In this document: positions 1 through 9,774 of the stretch, piece by piece
Numbering within the stretch: the stretch's first letter is position 1
How the letters are laid out: each line of letters opens with the position of its first letter
Assembly: GCA_963755925.1 (NCBI GenBank)
Contig: CAVWLH010000004.1
Location: forward strand, 14,858 to 78,857
Source of the DNA: an uncultured Acidobacteriaceae bacterium
Lineage (GTDB): Bacteria > Acidobacteriota > Terriglobia > Terriglobales > Acidobacteriaceae
DNA: 64,000 bases
Direction: 5' to 3'
The notes under the pieces: generated by a model
What the model saw: only the letters and a program-made list of their open reading frames with translations
Database searches by the model: none
Told to the model about the DNA's origin: nothing
Program-made: the position numbers and the translations under genes

Positions 1-33
1 ATGTCATTGTCGAATTTGTGCTACAGCCTCAGG

Positions 34-387
34 CTAAGAGATTAGTAGCGTCCCCAACCGCCGCCACCGCCACCACCGCCACCGCGGCCACCACGTCCGA
101 CCGCCGCGTCCGCCACCGCCGCCTTCGCGCCGCGGCCGGTCCGTCTTGGGACGGGCTTCGTTCACGGTCAGGTTGCGCCCGCTGAGGTTGGTGCCGTTCA
201 GCGCTTCCATCGCCTTGCCGGCCGAGTCATCGTCCGACATTTCGACAAATGCGAAGCCGCGCGATTGCCCGGTGTCGCGATCGGTCACAATGCTGACCCT
301 ATCGACTGGGCCATACGCTTCAAACATCGCGCGTACCTGGTCTTCAGTCGCATCGAAGCTTAGGTTCCCCACGTAGATGTTCTTCAT
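34..387 (-). CDS. RNA-binding protein with one RRM domain and a Gly-rich tail (the tail reads out of frame here)
   Basis: MKNIYVGNLSF...SRGFAFVEM carries the RNP-2/RNP-1 motifs. After GGGGGRGGR the ORF reads TWWPRWRWWRWRR. The adjacent frame reads GGRGGGGGGGGGWGRY-stop (TAA 42..44), which is the usual Gly-rich tail. A 1-nt indel near 95-105 is probable. Confidence 0.85.
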   Translation of the reverse strand: MKNIYVGNLSFDATEDQVRAMFEAYGPVDRVSIVTDRDTGQSRGFAFVEMSDDDSAGKAMEALNGTNLSGRNLTVNEARPKTDRPRREGGGGGRGGRTWWPRWRWWRWRRLGTLLIS

Positions 388-543
388 TGGTTCCTCGCTT
401 TCAGAGTAGGCCGCTTGCCGGCCGATCCTTTGGCAGCCCTACGCGGCATGAATTGGGGTGATTACGACCAAAGACTCAATCGCCTTCTCATCGTCGCAAA
501 TAGCAGAGGGCAGCGTCTGCCACCCTCGCTTCGTGCTTCTTGT

Positions 544-744
544 TTACAGAACCTGTACGTTCTCAGCCTGCCAACCCTTGGCGCCACGCTTCACGTCGAA
601 GCTCACGGCTTGACCTTCCTGCAGGGAGCGGAAGCCGTTCGACTGAATGGCGGAGAAATGGACGAAAACATCTTCGCCGTTCTGACGTGAAATAAAGCCA
701 AAGCCTTTGGCATCGTTAAACCACTTTACTGTTCCTTGTTCCAT
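544..744 (-). CDS. cold-shock protein, CspA family
   Basis: An internal Met of ORF 544..858 gives [34 protein letters not shown]..., 66 aa. This contains the canonical cold-shock-domain RNP motifs KGFGFI and VFVHF. Confidence 0.93.
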   Translation of the reverse strand: MEQGTVKWFNDAKGFGFISRQNGEDVFVHFSAIQSNGFRSLQEGQAVSFDVKRGAKGWQAENVQVL

Positions 745-794
745 TTGTTTCTTGATTTTCCTTAATGTTGATGTTGCGTTGGTGAATCGGAAGG

Positions 795-2359
795 TTACAG
801 GCAGGAATCGCTCGAAACAGAAGGAGGGATGGCTGCTAAACGCGCCGTTCGAACACACGCAAACTTATTATACAACAACTGCCGCCCTTGGTGCTCAGAA
901 AAGCAAGAAGCATGGGCATTGTCTGACATCAGACCGAGATTCTCGCTTCTAGCCCCGACGAAGGCTTCGGTTTCCTTCAGAATCTGCGACACCAGGTCGG
1001 CGGACGCCGCCTCGCAATAGATGCGCAGCAGCGGTTCGGTGCCCGAAGCGCGGACCAGCACCCAGGCCTCGGCTCCATTGCCGTAGGTGGGCGCGTCCAG
1101 AAAGAACTTCACGCCGTCCAACGTCTCCACCTTCTGCACGCCGAAGCTACCGATCGCTCCCAGGTCTGGCCTGGACGCGCCGCATGGCTTCATCCTTAAC
1201 GTCGTTGCTCAGATGAAGATCGATGCGGCCATAGTGATGCTCGCCGTATTCCTTTTGCAGATCGCGCACCAGTTGTCCCAGCGGCTTTTCTTCTTCCGCC
1301 ATGATGTTGGCCAGCAACAGCGAATTCAGAATGCCGTCGCGCTCCGGCAGATGGCGGCGTAATGCCGATGCCACCCGACTCCTCGCCGCCGATCAGAATG
1401 TCGCGTTCCAGCATAAGATCGCAAATGTACTTGAAGCCGATGCCGCACTCGTGCAGCCTGCGTCCGTATTTCGCGGCGATGCGGTCCAGCATCCGGGTGG
1501 TATTGAACGCCCGCACAATCTCGCCCGGCCATTGCTTGCGCTTCAGCAGCCACTCCAGGATCACGCAATAGATCTTGTGCGCATCCACAAAGCTGCCGTC
1601 TTCCGCGACCGCGCCAATGCGGTCTGCGTCGCCGTCCGTCGCCATCCCGGCCTGGCAGTGCGCATGCACGACCGTCTCCTGCAGCATCGCGATGTGCGGC
1701 TCGATCGGCTCAGGATTGATGCCGGGGAACAGCGGGTTGAGTTCGCCGCGAATCTCGAAGTGATGGATGCCGCTTTCGGTGAAGATGCCTTTCAGCACGC
1801 CGCGTCCGGCGCCGTACATCACGTCGATGGCGAACTTGAAGCCGGCTTTCTCAATCAGCTTCAGATCGACAAAGTTCTTGATGGCTGCGATGTACGGCGT
1901 CTTGAAATCGGTGACGGTCACGCTGCCGCCCTTGCGCTCCAGCCGCGGCGAATCCAACTCGCCCTCAATCGCCTTCATGATCGCCGGCGTGCCTGAGCCG
2001 CCATAGCCGGCCTTGTACTTCACTCCGTTCCAGTTGAAGGGATTATGGCTGGAGGTGATCATCACACCGCCGGCCGCGCCCAGGTTCTTCACCGCGTAGG
2101 AGAGCGCGGGAGTGGGCGTGTAGTCGTCGGAAAGACGCACCGCGATGCCCGCCGCCGCGAGAACTTCGGAGATGATCTGCGCCGCCCGCGGGGAAGCGAA
2201 GCGCGTATCGTAGCCGACGACCAGGCCTTTGCTGGCGTCCTCGTGTTCGTGGACGTAATGCGCCATCGCGTTGCCGACGCGGCGCACATTGTCGAAGGTG
2301 AAGTCGTCGGCAATGATGCCGCGCCATCCATCGGTGCCGAATTTGATTTCAGTGGCCAT
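795..2359 (-). pseudogene. phosphomannomutase/phosphoglucomutase (alpha-D-phosphohexomutase), frame-disrupted in this sequence
   Basis: Motifs seen: TSSHNPFNWNGVKY (catalytic Ser loop), ATDGDADR (Mg site), GGEESGG, and RASGTEPLLRIY. The protein is spread over three frames (ORFs 1196..2359, 1147..1374, 795..1193). Frame switches lie near 1360 and 1175. The last ~50 codons (ENLGLMSDNAH...) look non-protein, so the true stop is probably near 950-975. Confidence 0.85.
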
Positions 2360-2413
2360 TGAAGTTTGAAGGGACGCAGCTTTAGCTGCGCCGTAACCGC
2401 ACTCTAATTATGT

Positions 2414-2456
2414 GTCATCCCGAGGAGGCCTTCAGGCCGACGAGGGATCTGCTGTT
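2414..2456. repeat. dispersed repeat, GTCATCCCGAG...GAGGGATC family (copy 1)
   Basis: Sequence is gtcatcccgaggaggccttcaggccgacgagggatctg. An inverted copy lies at 22862..22897. Related copies lie at 20593..20632 and 29448..29486. Confidence 0.8.
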
Positions 2457-2633
2457 CCGGCGTCCGCATTCCGGCCATCTGCCGCCCTTAGAGGGACTCA
2501 ACCATATATAGCAGCAACCCAGCGCTGAAGCGCTGGGCTAATCGTCGTCCCGCAAGCGGGAGTCGCTTCGTCGCCCTTTGCAGCGATGTGAGCTATCAAC
2601 TTCGCGTCAGAGCACGAACCAACATGATTTGGC

Positions 2634-2668
2634 TGATTGCTAATTGCTAACTGCTAACTGCTAACTGC
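2634..2668. repeat. 7-bp-period tandem array (TGATTGC TAATTGC TAACTGC x3)
   Basis: Read directly from the sequence. It ends 4 nt from the manC stop codon. TAA/TGA occur on the plus strand and TAG on the minus strand, in all three frames. Confidence 0.95.
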
Positions 2669-2672
2669 TTCT

Positions 2673-3899
2673 TCACACCAGCCGCTTCAGTTTCTTCTCG
2701 TCCAGATACTTCACCACTTTGCCGACATCCTGCGCGTGCTCGCGGGTGGTAATCAGCAGCGCGTCGTCGGTCTCCACCACAACAAGGTCTTTCACGCCAA
2801 CGACGGCGACGAATTTGTCGGCCCGGCAATGGATGAAGTTTCCTTCTGCATTCAGGGTGAAGGATTGCTCGGCTGCGATGACATTGGCGCTGTCTTTCCC
2901 ACCGGCATTCCGATGCTCATAGAGCGCCGTCCACGAGCCCAGATCGTTCCATCCAAAGCCGGCTGGAATGCAATAGATGCCCGACTTGCCTTCGCCTTTC
3001 GCCGAGCGCGGCTCCAGCAATGCATAGTCCACGCTAATGTTTTCGCATTTGGGATAGAGCTTGGCGAAGGTCTTTTCGAACTTCCGCGTCCCGTAGCTCG
3101 CCGCAATTTCTTCCAGCAGCGGCGCAGTCTTGGGCAAGTGGTCGCGCAAGGCGTCGGCCAGAGTACGCGCTCCCCAGACGAACATGCCGCTATTCCAGAA
3201 GAAGTTGCCGGCCTTCACGAACTGCTCCGCGATCTTGGCCGTCGGCTTCTCGGTGAAGCGTCGCACATTGAGTGGATCGGCACCCGAACCGGTGAGCCTC
3301 GCATTGAGCCCTGCCTTGAAGGGGGCGGCCTTCAGGCCGTCCGTTACATCCGACCCAACGAGGCTGGCTTTAGCCGCTGAGGAACTGCCCCTTGACCAGG
3401 CCGGAGCCTGCTTAGCGCCAGCTTCGATGTAGCCGTAGCCGGTTTCAGCGCGCGTAGGCTTGATGCCGATCACGACGATGTTCGCTCCCTTTGCCGCGAT
3501 CTCGGCCGCACGCCGGATGTCGTCGCGAAAACGCTTCTCGTCGCCGATGACGTGATCGGAGGGGAACATGCCGATCACCGCGCTGGGGTCGCGCTTCTCC
3601 AGCAGAAAGGCTGTCAGCCCGATCGCAGGCGCGGTGTTTCGGCCAACGGGTTCGGCAATGATCTGCTGCTTGTCGAGCTTCTTGAGCTGACGAACAATCG
3701 GAGTGCGCAGGTCGTCATTGGTGATGACCCAGAAGCGCTTCGCCTTGGCCAAGGGCAGCAGCCGCTCGACCGTCTCCTGGATCATGCTTTTCTTGCTGTT
3801 CAGCGGAAGCAGTTGCTTGGCCAGGCGCTTGCGGCTCAGAGGCCAAAAGCGCGTGCCGCGTCCGCCCGCGAGGATGACTGGATAGAAGTTATTGGCCAA
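2673..3899 (-). CDS. manC: mannose-1-phosphate guanylyltransferase (GDP-mannose pyrophosphorylase)
   Basis: 408-aa ORF. The N-terminus YPVILAGGRGTRFWPLSR is the nucleotidyltransferase signature. FTEKP and FFWNSGMF motifs are typical of ManC/CpsB-type enzymes. It has a TTG start. Confidence 0.85.
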   Translation of the reverse strand: MANNFYPVILAGGRGTRFWPLSRKRLAKQLLPLNSKKSMIQETVERLLPLAKAKRFWVITNDDLRTPIVRQLKKLDKQQIIAEPVGRNTAPAIGLTAFLLEKRDPSAVIGMFPSDHVIGDEKRFRDDIRRAAEIAAKGANIVVIGIKPTRAETGYGYIEAGAKQAPAWSRGSSSAAKASLVGSDVTDGLKAAPFKAGLNARLTGSGADPLNVRRFTEKPTAKIAEQFVKAGNFFWNSGMFVWGARTLADALRDHLPKTAPLLEEIAASYGTRKFEKTFAKLYPKCENISVDYALLEPRSAKGEGKSGIYCIPAGFGWNDLGSWTALYEHRNAGGKDSANVIAAEQSFTLNAEGNFIHCRADKFVAVVGVKDLVVVETDDALLITTREHAQDVGKVVKYLDEKKLKRLV

Positions 3900-4103
3900 A
3901 TCGTTTCACCACAGAGACACCCTTCGGCTGCGCTGAGGGCAGGCTCCCGAACATAGAGAATGTTGAATGTTCGATTTTACCGAATGTCTGAATATGGTGC
4001 TCGTGAGATCATCTACCAATGTTTCCCCAGTTGTTGGTAGTCCAAAATACACTCGCCGGAGCCGGCGAAGTGGCGGGGATCCCCACCACGGAAGGATGAC
4101 TTG

Positions 4104-4676
4104 ATGCCAGCCTCGCGTTTCTCGCAGCTTCTATGTCGCGCTTTGTGGTTGTTTGTCCTGGCGGGGTTGGTTGTGCTCACGGCCCACGCGCAGAAGATCA
4201 AGGTGGCCTATGACCCTAACCTCGATTTTGCCAAGTTCAAGACCTTCGCCTGGGGCGCGCATGATGCGGTCTCTCGTCCAATGCTGGCTGCCGCCATTGC
4301 CGGTGCTATCGAAGAGGAGCTCACCAAGCGCGGCTTGCAGAAGACCGACGGCCACCCGGACCTGTATGTCCAAATGTACGGTTCATCGGATTCGGATATG
4401 GCGGTGAGTTACTCCGACCTCTACAGCGGATATGCTGGCATTCCGCCATTCGATCAGAACTTTCTGATGTGGGGTGCGGTGCCCGGCTCGACCACGACAG
4501 TGGTTGTACACAAGGGGCAACTCGTGGTCGATCTTATCGATGCAGCTCACAGGAAAATCGCATGGCGAGGCATAGCAAAAGAGAACCTCAGCGACAACAG
4601 AGGGAAGCTGGTGGACCAAGTCAATACAGCGGTAGAAAAGATGTTTAAGAAGTATCCGGTCGGCATTGCTCGCTGA
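4104..4676 (+). CDS. DUF4136-like secreted/lipoprotein
   Basis: A signal peptide (LWLFVLAGLVVLTAHA) is followed by KIKVAYDPNLDFAKFKTFAW...LVVDLIDAAHRKIAWRG, a pattern I recognise as DUF4136. The ATG at 4104 is preceded by GGAAGGA. Confidence 0.7.
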   Translation: MPASRFSQLLCRALWLFVLAGLVVLTAHAQKIKVAYDPNLDFAKFKTFAWGAHDAVSRPMLAAAIAGAIEEELTKRGLQKTDGHPDLYVQMYGSSDSDMAVSYSDLYSGYAGIPPFDQNFLMWGAVPGSTTTVVVHKGQLVVDLIDAAHRKIAWRGIAKENLSDNRGKLVDQVNTAVEKMFKKYPVGIAR

Positions 4677-4688
4677 GGACGCAAGCGA

Positions 4689-4830
4689 GCAGGCCGCTGA
4701 AAAATTCGTTGTTGTCGCGTTTTGAAGGGGCGCAGCTTTAGCTGCGCCGTCATAAGGCTTTTATTTTTGTCTTTCCGAGCGGGCTTCAGCCCGCGAGCAA
4801 TCCGCTCTTCGGACTTTTTCAGCGGCCTGC
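4689..4830. repeat. composite inverted-repeat element (16-bp perfect terminal IR enclosing two tetraloop hairpins)
   Basis: GCAGGCCGCTGAAAAA at 4689..4704 pairs with TTTTTCAGCGGCCTGC at 4815..4830. Inner hairpins are ggcgcagc-ttta-gctgcgcc (4729..4748) and gcgggc-ttca-gcccgc (4779..4794). It lies between the convergent genes DUF4136 and manA. Confidence 0.85.
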
Positions 4831-4872
4831 GAAGGCGTGCTCTAGCCGAAGGCTGCCTCTGTGGTGGGAAAA

Positions 4873-5769
4873 CTATTTTGCGCTGACCGATTGCGGCAGT
4901 TCGGTCTGCGGCTCCGCGACTGCTCCTGTGGGCAGCGACATTCGCATCACTTCCAGCTCCCACTGCGGCCGCACCGTGTATTCACCAACGCAGGCCGGAA
5001 CCACCACGGCATCGCCAGTGGCAAAGCTGATCGGCTCCATCCCTTGCGATTCCACGATCCCCGAGCCGCTCACCGCGACCAGGATGTGTGGCGAATCGCG
5101 TGACACCTCGGAGCGCAAGGCATCGCGCAACCGCATCTTTTCCACCTTAAAAAACGGCGAGCGCACCAGAACGTCGGACTCGTCGCTCGGCCGCCGCACA
5201 ACTTTGCCGGCATTGGTGTGCAGCCTGGTCGCGGCCAATCCTTCTGCGATGTGAAGTTCGCGCGGACGGCCGTAATCATACAAGCGATAGGTAATGTCCG
5301 AGGTCTGTTGCGTCTCCACCAGCACCATCCCGCCGCCAATGGTGTGCACCGTTCCGGCGGCGACGTAGAGCATGTCGCCGGCGTAGACATCGACCCAGTT
5401 CAGCAGCTTCTCCGCGCGGGTGTCCTGGATCGCCTGCTCGAAATCCGCGAGCGTCGCTCCCGCTTTCAAACCCAGCGCCACTTGCGCGCCAGGATTCGCC
5501 CGCAGCACGTACCAACATTCGGTTTTGCCGCAGGGCTGGCCGTTCTTGCGCGCTTGCTCATCATCGGGATGAACCTGCACCGACAGCTTGTCGCCAGGAA
5601 ATAGAAACTTCACCAGCAGCGGAAAGCGATTGTCGTAAACGGCGGCTTGCCCCACCAGATCGCGCCCAAACTTCTTCGCCAGATCGCCCAGGCTTTGTCC
5701 GGCGAGCGGCCCGTTGGCGACGCGATTGTCTTCCCAGGTCAGCCAGCTTTCGCCGATCGGCTCCTTCAC
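4873..5769 (-). CDS. manA: mannose-6-phosphate isomerase, class I
   Basis: 298-aa ORF with LSVQVHPDD, GKTECWYVL and YVAAGTVHTIGGG, the type I PMI cupin/zinc-ligand motifs. Confidence 0.85.
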   Translation of the reverse strand: MKEPIGESWLTWEDNRVANGPLAGQSLGDLAKKFGRDLVGQAAVYDNRFPLLVKFLFPGDKLSVQVHPDDEQARKNGQPCGKTECWYVLRANPGAQVALGLKAGATLADFEQAIQDTRAEKLLNWVDVYAGDMLYVAAGTVHTIGGGMVLVETQQTSDITYRLYDYGRPRELHIAEGLAATRLHTNAGKVVRRPSDESDVLVRSPFFKVEKMRLRDALRSEVSRDSPHILVAVSGSGIVESQGMEPISFATGDAVVVPACVGEYTVRPQWELEVMRMSLPTGAVAEPQTELPQSVSAK

Positions 5770-5864
5770 GATTCTGGTATAGATGGGGCGCAGATCGCAG
5801 GCTGCCCCACGGCCGCTCGTCGAAGATGGGGACCACCAGAGAATGGATAAAGTTGCGACATCGG

Positions 5865-7080
5865 TTACACGCTGGCGAAAAAGTCGCGCATGCGATCCAG
5901 CCCGCGCTGCAGATTCTCAGGCGAGGTCGCATACGAGATGCGGACGTGGTCTTGGGTGCCGAAGCCTTCGCCGGGAACGACCACGACGTGCGCCTCATGC
6001 AGCAACCGTGCGCGCACGTCGGACGCGGAGTTCATTCCGCCGCGTTCGAAATAATGGCTGACATTGGGATAAGCGTAAAACGCGCCATTCGGCGTAGCGC
6101 AGGTGATTCCGGGAATCGAGCGCAAGCCGGCGACAACCTGGTCGCGAAGAACGGATGTAGCCAGCCAGCATCTGCTTTACGCAATCCTGCGAGCCATTCA
6201 GCGCGGCCACCGCGGCCTTCTGCACAATCGACGTCGGGTTCGAGGTGCTCTGGCTTTGCAGCTTCTGCATTGCGCTGACTGATCGGCGCGGGTCCCAGCG
6301 CGTAACCCAGCCGCCAGCCCGTCATGGCGTAGGTCTTCGACAAGGAGCCGATGATGATGAGCCGCTCCTTGACCTCATGCACGCAGCCCGCCGAGAACCG
6401 CTGGCCAGTGTGGTTCAGGTAGACGTAACACTCGTCGGAGACAACATAGATACCGCGATCATGCGCCAGCGCAGCACTGCAGTCATGTCCTCGGGCTTCA
6501 TCACCGCGCCCGAAGGATTGTTGGGCGAATTCAGAATGATGACTTTGGTGCGCGGGGTGATCGCGCGCTCCACCATGTCGGCGGTCAGCGCGAAATCGTG
6601 CCGTTCGTCGGTGGCAATGTAGACCGGTTCGCCGCCGGCATAGCGCACGATGTCTTTGAAGGAAACCCAGTAGGGCACCGGCAGAATGACTTCGTCGCCG
6701 TGCTCGACCAGCACCTGGATGGCATTGAACAGCGCATGCTTGCCGCCGACGGAGGCGATGCAATCTTCGCGCTTGTAGTCGGAGCCGAAGTCGGCAGCGT
6801 GCCGCTGGATGATGGCATCGCGCAATTCGGCCGTGCCGCCTACCGCCGTGTACTTGGTGAAGTCGTTGCGAATGGCCGCGATGGCCGCTTCCTTGATGTG
6901 CTCGGGCGTGGGGAAGTGCGGCTCTCCCGCGCCCAGGTCGACCAGGTCCGCGCCCGTGGCGCGAAGTTTATCGGCTTCTCCCGCCACCGCCAGAGTGGCG
7001 GAAACTTCGATGCGTTGAATTCGGTCGGTGAGAAACGAGGCGAGCTGAGTTCCGGCAGCAGTCATGGTCTGGCCGTTCAT
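5865..7080 (-). pseudogene. PLP-dependent aspartate/aromatic aminotransferase (class I), frame-disrupted in this sequence
   Basis: Motifs seen: GEPHFPTP, ILNSPNNPSG, SLSKTYAMTGWRLGY (PLP Lys) and VVPGEGFG. They are spread over four frames (ORFs 6415..7080, 6032..6763, 5995..6270, 5865..6125), implying at least 3 frame switches (about 6480, 6270, 6125). Confidence 0.85.
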
Positions 7081-7598
7081 AAAAGATGTTTCCCTGTGGC
7101 TGAAATATGTCCCTGGGTGATTCTCTGGCGCACTCGCCGCTCTACCATCTCCGGCACCAGGCCGTTCAACGGGCCGCCGAGCTTGGCAATCTCGCGCACA
7201 ATCCGCGAGCTGAGATAGGAATACTGTTCCGCGGGCATCATGAACACGGTTTCCACGCGCGGTTCCATCTTGCGATTCATCAGCGCCATTTGCAGCTCGA
7301 ATTCGTAATCGCTGATGGCGCGGATGCCGCGCAGCACGGCGTTCGCGTTCTTCTGGATGCAGTAGCTCACCAGCAGGCCCTCGAAAACATCGACGCTGAC
7401 GTTGTCGAGCTGCGAGGTCATGGCCACCAGCATCTCCTTGCGCTCCTCCATGGAGAAGAGCGTCTCGCCCTTGTCGAGGTTGCGCGCGATGGCCACGATC
7501 AGTTTATCGAAGAGTTTGCTGCCCCGGTGAATCAGGTCGAGGTGGCCGTTGGTCACGGGATCGAACGATCCGGGATAGATGGCGACGATGTCCTTCAA
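7077..7598 (-). CDS. coaD: phosphopantetheine adenylyltransferase
   Basis: IAIYPGSFDPVTNGHLDLI ... LRGIRAISDYEFELQMALMN ... SSRIVREI. There is an ATGA overlap with the aminotransferase start. Confidence 0.93.
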   Translation of the reverse strand: MKDIVAIYPGSFDPVTNGHLDLIHRGSKLFDKLIVAIARNLDKGETLFSMEERKEMLVAMTSQLDNVSVDVFEGLLVSYCIQKNANAVLRGIRAISDYEFELQMALMNRKMEPRVETVFMMPAEQYSYLSSRIVREIAKLGGPLNGLVPEMVERRVRQRITQGHISATGKHLL

Positions 7599-7745
7599 GG
7601 GTCCTCGGAGGCGGGGATTTACGGCTGCATGATTTTATTCTGGCTGGCGTCGGCAGGCAAACAGGAACATGACGGGGAGCCCGACTTGGGCCGTGGCAGA
7701 TGCGCCGAACGATCGAAGGACCCGCCGTTGGCCAGCGGGTCGCAT

Positions 7746-8856
<1,111 letters not shown>

Positions 8857-9025
8857 GAGTGCCGCTCCTTGGCTGCTCCGTCCCGGCACGGCATTGGCGC
8901 GGGAGGACAGGTTGAAGATGAATGCTATGGGTCAGTGAGGCAGGCGCCGTGGAATGGGCGATTCGCAGTGAAGAGCGCATGGATACCTGACGTTGCAATT
9001 ATACATTGAGTTACGCCAAAAAAGC

Positions 9026-9051
9026 GAACAAATAGCGAAGTAGGGCGGAAC
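9026..9051 (-). promoter_or_regulatory. candidate LexA/SOS operator upstream of recA (GTTC-N7-CTTC-N7-GTTC on the recA strand)
   Basis: The plus strand reads GAAC aaatagc GAAG tagggcg GAAC. These are direct tetramer repeats at 11-bp phasing, about 170-195 nt upstream of the recA start. They resemble the GTTC-N7-GTTC LexA box I recall for Alphaproteobacteria and Acidobacterium capsulatum. Confidence 0.3.
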
Positions 9052-9224
9052 GAAAGTACTAGTACGTTCGTGTCTCACATCGCGCTTGTGACGGCGATTG
9101 CGGCAGGTCAGCTGGGCATTTCTGGCGGGATTTTCACAGAAGGCAGCTCAATAATTACTGTACGATATTAACATTCAAGTACAATTTCACCAGTGCACCG
9201 CAGTTCGCACAAATGGAGCAGGCT

Positions 9225-9756
9225 TCAATGCGCCTCAGGCAGCGTGTACGCGAAGTCGTAGGAATGCTTCCCATCGGCAATGGTGATGTTCATCTCGCCC
9301 GTTAAGGCCGACGAGCTGGCCTGTCCCCGAGTCGGGCACGACGGAGACGGTCAAATGTGGTGCTCCGCGAGTCATGATGCCGGTGTGATGCAGCAGGAAA
9401 GTACCCTTGTGTCCCGCCAACGTCCCGGTGAACTGTTCGATCGCGACGTATACCGCCGAGCCCTTCACGTCGGTGCCGGCGGTCAGCATCTCGACCCTGC
9501 TGGTGCCTTCGAGACCGCCGTGGAACTGCTTGTCGATGGACATTCGACTGACAGCAGCCGGCTTGGATTGATCGTCTGCGGCTTGAGGAACTACCTTCAC
9601 CTCAAATGTTCCGGTTGCATGTGCGGTCATCAACACATCCTTGTTGTTCGGCATTGGAGTCTTCGACGAGTCCTGCGCAGCTGCCGAATAGGACAGGGCG
9701 AAGAGCACACCCAGGGTCACGATGATGTAGCTTATGGTCCGAGATTCCGGTGTCAT
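9225..9756 (-). pseudogene. DUF3224-like secreted protein, C-terminus frame-shifted in this sequence
   Basis: ORF 9235..9756 has a signal peptide, then ATGTFEVKV...MSIDKQFHGGLEGTS...GTFLLHHTG. After GLNG the adjacent frame reads EMNITIADGKHSYDFAYTLPEAH-stop (TGA 9225..9227). The sequence aacggGcgag suggests one extra G. Confidence 0.65.
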
Positions 9757-9774
9757 ATTCGTTCCATAGCCTGG

